The notes beneath the pieces are model-generated. The model was given only the letters and a program-made list of their open reading frames with translations. It was not told the origin of the DNA and did not search any database. From Gammaproteobacteria bacterium (GTDB taxonomy: Bacteria > Actinomycetota > Acidimicrobiia > Spongiisociales > UBA4744): a DNA stretch of 64,000 bases. The translations under genes were made by a program, and so were the position numbers. How positions within the stretch are numbered: the stretch's first letter is position 1; each line of letters opens with the position of its first letter. Below, piece after piece: positions 57,601 to 64,000 of the stretch. The stretch is from assembly GCA_011682695.1 (NCBI GenBank), contig JAACED010000005.1:2488-66487 (forward strand), in the 5' to 3' direction.

Positions 57601-57676
57601 GACAAAACCGCTCGAACTGACGTCGTGGAGCGGCCATGAACCCCCTGGTCAGGCCCCTGACCAGGACGTATTCGGG

Positions 57677-57750
57677 TGGGCCCGGCAGGACTCGAACCTG
57701 CGACTAACGGATTATGAGTCCGCTGCTCTGACCAACTGAGCTACGGGCCC
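57677..57750 (-). tRNA. tRNA-Ile2 (CAT anticodon, lysidine type); CCA not encoded
   Basis: GGGCCCGTAGCTCAGTTGGTCAGAGCAGCGGACTCATAATCCGTTAGTCGCAGGTTCGAGTCCTGCCGGGCCCA folds as a cloverleaf; TACAAT -10 box upstream; Ile2 rather than Met inferred from sequence pattern. Confidence 0.93.
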
Positions 57751-57860
57751 CTGTTTGATTGTATGGTGCACTCGAGCAACCTGAGCTCAGGAAAGGTTCA
57801 ACTGCACCAGACACATTGTCGATAGCACGGTAACTGCATGTCGCCAGGGAAGGAACGAAT

Positions 57861-59507
57861 GTGCAGGAGGTGGAACCCACACAGTCACCGGAGGCGCCCT
57901 CGGGGGAGGGACAGCTCACCTCGCGCCTCGAGGAGGCGGAGCGGGCCGACCGGGCCAAATCGCGATTCCTCGCGGATGTCAGTCATGAGATTCGCACGCA
58001 ACTAGCCGGAATCATCGGGATGACTCAGCTCACGCTCGAGACAAAACTGACCCCGGAACAGCGTGAGTACCTCGGATTGTCGGCGTCATCCGCCAACGCC
58101 CTGCTGACTATCGTGAACGATCTGCTGGATCTGTCGAAGATCGAGGCGGGAAAACTCGAAATCGAGACGGAGCCATTCAGTCTGTCCGATCTTCTCAACG
58201 ACATCACGGCCCTCTCCGCGGCGCAAGCCGAAGACCAAGGTATCGGTTTCCAACTCGGGGTGGGTGCGGACGTTCCGGATGTGATCAAGGGAGATCCCGG
58301 ACGTATCCGCCAGATCCTGCTCAACCTGATCGGCAACGCGCTGAAGTTCACCCAGGATGGGGCCGTGTCGGTGTCGGTGGCAGCGGACGCCATCGCCGGC
58401 GCAGACCATGCTCTCCACGTGCAGGTAAGGGACAGCGGCCCCGGGATTCCTGCGGAACAGCTGAGTTCGATCTTCGAAGCGTATACGCAGGCCGACGGTG
58501 AGACGGCGATGCACGGCAACGGTACGGGCCTCGGGCTGGCGATCTGCCGCCAGCTCGTGGAACTCATGGGAGGCCGTATCTGGGCGGAAAGCAGCCTAGG
58601 ACAGGGCTCGTCGTTCCATGTGATCGTGCCGATCGGCGTGTATGAAGGTGCGGCGCGCATCAGCGAGGAGGGACACTCCGAGCTGGAGGATCTGCCGGTG
58701 CTGGTGATCGCCAAGAACAGATTCGTGCGTGAAGGGTACGTCGATGCGATCGGTGCCATCGGGCTCACACCGGTCGGTGTGGAGAATGCAACAGAGGCCG
58801 TCGGGGCACTCGGGACGGCGGCTGCGACGGATCATCCCTTCGCTCTGGCCGTCGTGGCCTTGAACGGTGACTCGCTCGAGTTCGCAGCCCAACTGCGACA
58901 GCGAGCGGATCTGGAACAGATGCACATCGTCGTCGTCACCTCGGTCGGCCAGCGCGGCGATGCCGTACGGTGTCGCGACTTGAACATCGCGGGCTACTTG
59001 ACGAGACCGTTGACCGACGACGTGGTGCAGGGAGCGATTCAGGCCGTATTGACCGGGCCATCCCCGGTCGACCTCTCGACGTTGGTCACCAAACACTGGC
59101 TTCGTGAGCGACGTCGTCATCTCAGCTTGTTGGTGGTCGACGACAGCCCGACACATCGCATGGTGGCCAAACGCATCCTCGAGCGTCGTGGTCATCATGT
59201 GGATGTCGTCGACTGCGGACTCGATGCACTCAAAGCCGTGGGTGAGCATCGCTTCGATGTGATCCTTCTGGATCTGTGGCTTCCCGACATCGGGGGTATG
59301 GAAGTTGCGGCCGAGATTCGCCGTGGCGAGTCCGCTCGAACGAGGGTCCCGATCATCGGCACGGCAGCCGAAGGTGTCGTGGACATGTCGAGCCGGGTAC
59401 TGCGGGCAGGGATGGATGCGTTCGTGGCCAAGCCGTTCCAGGTCGTTGAGCTGTTGCGGACGATCGAGTCTGCGGTGGAGGATGAGGCTCAGACTACGGC
59501 AAGCTGA
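57861..59507 (+). CDS. Hybrid sensor histidine kinase/response regulator (two receiver-like domains, no sensor domain)
   Basis: SHEIRT, DLSKIEAG, NLIGNALKFT, GTGLGL, VVDD...LLD...KPF. Confidence 0.92.
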   Translation: MQEVEPTQSPEAPSGEGQLTSRLEEAERADRAKSRFLADVSHEIRTQLAGIIGMTQLTLETKLTPEQREYLGLSASSANALLTIVNDLLDLSKIEAGKLEIETEPFSLSDLLNDITALSAAQAEDQGIGFQLGVGADVPDVIKGDPGRIRQILLNLIGNALKFTQDGAVSVSVAADAIAGADHALHVQVRDSGPGIPAEQLSSIFEAYTQADGETAMHGNGTGLGLAICRQLVELMGGRIWAESSLGQGSSFHVIVPIGVYEGAARISEEGHSELEDLPVLVIAKNRFVREGYVDAIGAIGLTPVGVENATEAVGALGTAAATDHPFALAVVALNGDSLEFAAQLRQRADLEQMHIVVVTSVGQRGDAVRCRDLNIAGYLTRPLTDDVVQGAIQAVLTGPSPVDLSTLVTKHWLRERRRHLSLLVVDDSPTHRMVAKRILERRGHHVDVVDCGLDALKAVGEHRFDVILLDLWLPDIGGMEVAAEIRRGESARTRVPIIGTAAEGVVDMSSRVLRAGMDAFVAKPFQVVELLRTIESAVEDEAQTTAS

Positions 59508-59704
59508 CCACGATGAGTGCGATCAACTCGGCGGCGGGGCGCTCCTGCCTCCGCGGTGGCCGGCGGACTCGATAGGGCCGAATGGCCCTGGTCGCAACGG
59601 CCGGCATCTGATATTCAGTACCCACAGTTTGGCACCCCGAGAGGCAGCGGCGCGGAGACCGGATGCGCAATCCGATGCTTGGTCGGTCGGGGTGCCGCCT
59701 TGCG

Positions 59705-60355
59705 TCAGAAGCCGCGTTCGGCCGCACGGTCGAGGCACTCGACTACCTGCGCATCGGTCGTCTGACGAAAGTCCTCATACCACTGGCCGACCGCTCTGAA
59801 CCATCGTGGGATTTCGAGGCACACGACCTCGTCGACTTCTCCCCTGACGTCATGGACCGTTTCAAGTGCACCGACCGGTACCGCGAGCACGATTCGCCCT
59901 GCGTCGCGGGCCCGCAGCACCCTCGCCGCGGCCTTGGCGGTGATACCGGTTGCGAGGCCGTCGTCGATCAGTAGGACCGTCTTTCCCGCAACCGGGAGCG
60001 GCGGGTTGCCACGGCGGTACCGTGCTTCTCGCCGTTGGAGTTCCGCCCGTTCCGACGTTCTGACCTTGTCGAGCTCGGCTTCGGTGATGCCGAGCATGCC
60101 GATGAGATCCCGGTTGAGGACCTCGATGCCATCTTCGCCGATCGCACCGACGCCCAGCTCGGGCTGACCCGGCGCACCGAGTTTGCGGACAACGATGACA
60201 TCGAGCGGAGCTTCGAGTGCCGCCGACACTTCGGAGGCGACCACGACACCTCCTCTGGGGAGGCCGACGACCACCGTCTGGGGGCCGGCGAGGTTCATCA
60301 ATTGCTCTGCGAGGCGGCGGCCTGCGTCATTGCGATCTCGAAAGATCATGCTCAT
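59705..60355 (-). CDS. Phosphoribosyltransferase-family protein
   Basis: FRDR.DAG, GLPRGG, RKLGAPGQPE, IDDGLATG and AVGQWYEDF. Confidence 0.92.
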   Translation of the reverse strand: MSMIFRDRNDAGRRLAEQLMNLAGPQTVVVGLPRGGVVVASEVSAALEAPLDVIVVRKLGAPGQPELGVGAIGEDGIEVLNRDLIGMLGITEAELDKVRTSERAELQRREARYRRGNPPLPVAGKTVLLIDDGLATGITAKAAARVLRARDAGRIVLAVPVGALETVHDVRGEVDEVVCLEIPRWFRAVGQWYEDFRQTTDAQVVECLDRAAERGF

Positions 60356-60440
60356 AGCTTTCCCGCGTTCGAGGTGATGTGCAAGAACCATTTTGGCTCG
60401 TGAACCGTCTGTTAGCTTCCTCCCGAGAAGAAAGGGAACC

Positions 60441-61376
60441 ATGTGCGTGCTGGTCTGTGAGGGACTCCGTAAGTGCTTCGATGGCCTCACTGCCGTCGAC
60501 GGCGTGAGCTTTCAGGTCCCGCAGGGCGAAACCTACGGGCTGCTCGGTCCGAACGGTGCAGGAAAGACGACCACGATCTCGATGATTGCCGGGCTGCTCA
60601 CGGCCGATGCCGGGTCGGTGACCGTTGCCGGGCAACCGGTGACGACACGAAGCGTCAACGCAAGGGCCGCCATCGGACTGGTTCCGCAAGACGTCGCGGT
60701 CTATCCGGATCTCACCGCCAGGGAGAACATCCGTTTCTTTGGGAGGCTGTACGGGCTGGGGTCGTCGCGGCTCGCGGCCAGAACTGATGAAGTACTGGAG
60801 ATCATCGGCCTGGCGGACCGGGCCGACGACCGCGTCGAGCAGTACTCGGGAGGCATGAAACGGCGCCTGAACATCGGCATCGGCCTATTGCACGAGCCGC
60901 GACTCCTCATCCTCGATGAGCCCACCGTTGGCGTCGATCCACAGAGCCGCAATGCGATTCTCGAAAACGTCGAGCTTCTCGGCCGTGAGGGTATGGCGGT
61001 GATCTATACGACCCACTACATGGAGGAGGCGGAGCGCCTGTGCGATCGTGTGGGGATCATCGATGCAGGCAAGCTGGTCGCTGAAGGAACTCGACGTGAG
61101 CTGGTCGGCCTGATCGGTAGCAGCGATCGGGTTCGTTTGCGGGCCTCAGGGGATCTCGACGCCGCCATCGAACGGGTTCGTGGTATCGAAACGGTCCGGG
61201 GGGTGGGGCGTGTCGATGACGGCATCGAGATCATCGTCGAAGACGCGGGTGAGATCATCACCGAGGTCCTGTCGGTGGTGACCGGCGCGGGCGTGGCCGT
61301 GGCGACCGTCGAGTTCGACGAGCCGAACCTGGAAGACGTGTTCCTGCACCTCACCGGCAAGGCCTTGCGGGACTGA
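60441..61376 (+). CDS. ABC-2 exporter ATP-binding subunit
   Basis: GPNGAGKTT, YSGGMKRR, ILDEPT, TTHYMEEAE and LEDVFLHLTG. Confidence 0.95.
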   Translation: MCVLVCEGLRKCFDGLTAVDGVSFQVPQGETYGLLGPNGAGKTTTISMIAGLLTADAGSVTVAGQPVTTRSVNARAAIGLVPQDVAVYPDLTARENIRFFGRLYGLGSSRLAARTDEVLEIIGLADRADDRVEQYSGGMKRRLNIGIGLLHEPRLLILDEPTVGVDPQSRNAILENVELLGREGMAVIYTTHYMEEAERLCDRVGIIDAGKLVAEGTRRELVGLIGSSDRVRLRASGDLDAAIERVRGIETVRGVGRVDDGIEIIVEDAGEIITEVLSVVTGAGVAVATVEFDEPNLEDVFLHLTGKALRD

Positions 61377-62572
61377 TGCGCGACGCATTGCTCATCGCGG
61401 GCAAGGACCTTCGGAGGCGCCTGCGCGACCGTTCCGCGTACATCGTCGGGATCATCGCTCCACTAGGACTCGCAGCCATTTTCAGCTTCGTATTCAACCC
61501 GATTGCATCGACGCACTTCACCGCGACATTCGGTGTCGTGGACCAGGACGGAGGGGAGATTGCCGCCGCATTCACCGACCGGATGCTCGCCGGCTTTGCT
61601 GCTGAGCAGGAGGGAATCACGATCGTGCCGGTCGAGTCCGTCGACGAAGCGCGCCGGCGCGTGGAAGCCGGCAGCGGCTCCCTCTCCGACTCTGAAAATG
61701 GCATCAGCGCCGCCTTCGTGATTCCTGCCGGATTCTCCGCTGCGGTGCAGCGTGGCGAAGCCGCAACGCTCGAGGTCATCGGCAGCCCGGCCTCATCGAC
61801 CAGCGCGGCGATCGCCGAGGCACTCGCGAGTCGTTTTGCAGACGAGGTGACCGCGGTCAACCTCGAAATGCGAACCTATCTGGCGTCCGGTGGATCGATC
61901 GGTCCGGATACGGTGGCCGAGGCGGTGGCATTCCCGGCTCCGGTCGTGGTCGGCAGCGTGTCGGTCCCCACCCGCCGGCTCGACAGCGCGACTTCGATGA
62001 CCGTGGGGATGGCGGCGATGTTTCTGTTCTACGTCACACAGTTGGGTGTCTTGGGGTTGTTGGAGGAGCGCCGTGATGGAACACTCGACCGTCTGCTGGT
62101 CGCTCCGATCCGGAAAGGCTCCATTCTCGGCGGCAAGGCGATCGCGTCGTACGTTCTCGGGTTATTGAGTATGACCGTCCTCGTTGTCGCCTCGACCTAC
62201 CTGCTTGGAGCGGACTGGGGGAACCCCGTCGGGGTGGCAATCCTCGTTCTCGCCGTGACCTTCTCGGCGGTCGGGATCATGGCCGTCGTGTCTGGCATCG
62301 CCAAGACCGACGAGCAGGCCAACACCTACACGGCGGTCGTCGCCATTGCTCTGGCCCTGCTCGGCGGGTCCTTCTTCCCGGTATCCCAGGTCGGAGGTTT
62401 CTTGACCGTCGCGAGTCGATTTACGCCACACGCGTGGTTCATCCAAGGGCTGGGTGACCTGGCCGCAGGGCACGTCACCGACGTGTTGCCGGCAGCGGGC
62501 ATCTTGGTGGGGTTCGGCGTGGTGTCGGGTGCACTCGCATGGGCAGTGTTGCGCAAGGTCGTGGATCGATGA
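61376..62572 (+). CDS. ABC-2 exporter permease
   Basis: KDLRRRLRDR, EERRDGTLDRLLVAP and TPHAW; translationally coupled. Confidence 0.9.
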   Translation: MRDALLIAGKDLRRRLRDRSAYIVGIIAPLGLAAIFSFVFNPIASTHFTATFGVVDQDGGEIAAAFTDRMLAGFAAEQEGITIVPVESVDEARRRVEAGSGSLSDSENGISAAFVIPAGFSAAVQRGEAATLEVIGSPASSTSAAIAEALASRFADEVTAVNLEMRTYLASGGSIGPDTVAEAVAFPAPVVVGSVSVPTRRLDSATSMTVGMAAMFLFYVTQLGVLGLLEERRDGTLDRLLVAPIRKGSILGGKAIASYVLGLLSMTVLVVASTYLLGADWGNPVGVAILVLAVTFSAVGIMAVVSGIAKTDEQANTYTAVVAIALALLGGSFFPVSQVGGFLTVASRFTPHAWFIQGLGDLAAGHVTDVLPAAGILVGFGVVSGALAWAVLRKVVDR

Positions 62573-63735
62573 AAGCGTTGGTCATTGCCAGAATGAACGT
62601 GCTCCGCATGGTGCGGGACCGCAGCTCATTCTTCTTCGTCTTCGTTCTCCCGCTCCTGCTGATCCTGGTGCTCGGTGCCATGTTCGGTGGCAGCTTCTTG
62701 CCTCGTCTCGGAGTCGTCGGCGGCGATGACGGTCCACTGGCACGGTCGCTGGTCGCCGGCTTGGAGAGCCGGTCCACCATCCGGGTGCTGTCCTATCCGG
62801 ATCTCGATCGGCTCCTCCTGGCTGTGGAGCGGGGAGAGGTGGAAGCCGGCTTCGAGATACCGAAGGGCTACGACGAGCGGGCCAAGGACGGCGTTGAACT
62901 CGGTTTCGTGGCACGATCCCTTCAAGACGAGGCGGCACTGCGAACCGTGGTCGAGAGCGTCGTTGCCGATGAGAACAGGGTGTTGCGTGCCGCCGGGTTC
63001 GTCGAATCTCATGGCCTGGCGGACTTCGACGATGCGCTTCCCGTCGCGAAAGCGCTGCAGACGAGCCTGGGAGGCATCTCCGTCGTCACGTCGTCGGTGG
63101 GAGAGTCGGTTTCGTTCACTCAGGGTGGACGCTTCGACCTCGGTGCGCAGTCCCAGTTGATCCTGTTCATGTTCCTCACATCCCTGGCCGGCTCCGCCGC
63201 ACTGATTCAGTCGCGAACATGGGGTGTCAGTCGCCGAATGGTGGCGACCCCAACACCGATACGAACGATTGTGGCCGGGGAAGCCATGGGGAGGTTCGGG
63301 GTCGCCATGGTGCAGGGCCTGTTCATCGTTCTCGGCACGTGGGTGGTGTTCGGCGTCGATTGGGGAGACCCGCTGGGGACCGGCGCGGTGCTCGTCATGT
63401 TCTCACTCGTGGGCGCCGGTGCGGCGATGCTGGTGGGGTCGCTGTTTCGCAACGATGCGCAGGCCGGTGGAATCGGCGTGTTACTCGGGCTCGGGCTTGG
63501 GGCGCTGGGAGGATGCATGGTTCCCTTGCAGGTGTTCCAGATGTTCTCGCCGGGTCTATTCACGGTGGCCCACATCACCCCGCACGCGTGGGCCCTGGAG
63601 GCATTCATCGAGATGGTGCTGCGGGGCGGAGGGCTCGTCGATATCCTCCCTGAGCTGGCGATTCTCGGCGGATACGCCGTGGTGCTTCTCGCTCTGGCCT
63701 CTTGGGCACTGCACCGGTCGTTGACGCGACCGTGA
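62569..63735 (+). CDS. ABC-2 exporter permease
   Basis: RDRSSFFFVFVLPL, RRMVATP, LGGCMVP and TPHAWA. Confidence 0.9.
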   Translation: MKALVIARMNVLRMVRDRSSFFFVFVLPLLLILVLGAMFGGSFLPRLGVVGGDDGPLARSLVAGLESRSTIRVLSYPDLDRLLLAVERGEVEAGFEIPKGYDERAKDGVELGFVARSLQDEAALRTVVESVVADENRVLRAAGFVESHGLADFDDALPVAKALQTSLGGISVVTSSVGESVSFTQGGRFDLGAQSQLILFMFLTSLAGSAALIQSRTWGVSRRMVATPTPIRTIVAGEAMGRFGVAMVQGLFIVLGTWVVFGVDWGDPLGTGAVLVMFSLVGAGAAMLVGSLFRNDAQAGGIGVLLGLGLGALGGCMVPLQVFQMFSPGLFTVAHITPHAWALEAFIEMVLRGGGLVDILPELAILGGYAVVLLALASWALHRSLTRP

Positions 63736-63766
63736 GCCGGAAGTGGCGCTGAAGTCCGCCGCTCGC

Positions 63767-64000
63767 TCAGCCGTCGACTACGTCCTCGTCGAGGACGATG
63801 TGCGCCAGGTTGGCCAACGACAGCGATCCGGTTCGGTAGTACGACGAGTGGGCGCTCCACACCGGCCTGGTACCGGTAGCGAATGTCCTGGCGCCGAACA
63901 TCGGGCTGTGCGGGTCGGCACCGAACACCAGATCCGTTGAACACGGAGGCAAAGGATCCATGCAGTCCGGGCGAGCCAGTCGGATCGGATCGAGCGGTGC
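63767..64000 (-). CDS. Partial alpha/beta hydrolase (DUF1023/Abhydrolase_8-like), C-terminus
   Basis: DPI...FGADP..P.FGA..F...HSSYY...SL.NLA.IV; runs off window end. Confidence 0.7.
   Translation of the reverse strand, partial: APLDPIRLARPDCMDPLPPCSTDLVFGADPHSPMFGARTFATGTRPVWSAHSSYYRTGSLSLANLAHIVLDEDVVDG

Noticed and set aside
57305..57739. Full-length 144-aa integrase ORF as listed in the track
   Set aside because: Only the C-terminal catalytic half is present and the frame runs on into the antisense of the tRNA; treated as a remnant

Overview
High-GC, gene-dense bacterial chromosome segment. Gene content (PAC2, DUF222-HNH, RecA-NDp/LexA motifs) and frequent TANNNT boxes just upstream of start codons point to Actinomycetota, possibly Acidimicrobiia (inference). 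About 60 CDS are present, mostly housekeeping or metabolic: thiN, S9 peptidase, malQ, nfuA, nfi-like, rnhA, qor, amrS, lnt, sirtuin, two histidine kinases and an ABC-2 exporter. Highlights: (1) a peroxiredoxin-like selenoprotein missed by the ORF track (15617-16279, W-U-P-Y-C with in-frame TGA and a SECIS-like hairpin), preceded by a sigma70-type promoter and a 99-nt rod-like candidate ncRNA, and followed by a Rieske-fused TPP enzyme; (2) a ~15-kb polyol-phosphate locus (39276-53962) with a complete glucitol-family PTS whose srlE is split and permuted, no srlD, a SAF-domain oxidoreductase, degenerate aldolase-like and IspD-like proteins, an IspD/TarI cytidylyltransferase and E1a/E1b/E2 genes under two SorC-type regulators; (3) a disrupted DUF3160 lipoprotein gene; (4) a 165-bp CTAG-flanked MITE-like element; (5) a DUF222-HNH gene with both a RecA-NDp promoter and an SOS box, next to a decayed integrase and gene fragments at the 3' end of a tRNA-Ile2(CAT). 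All family assignments come from motif recognition by eye; no database search was run.
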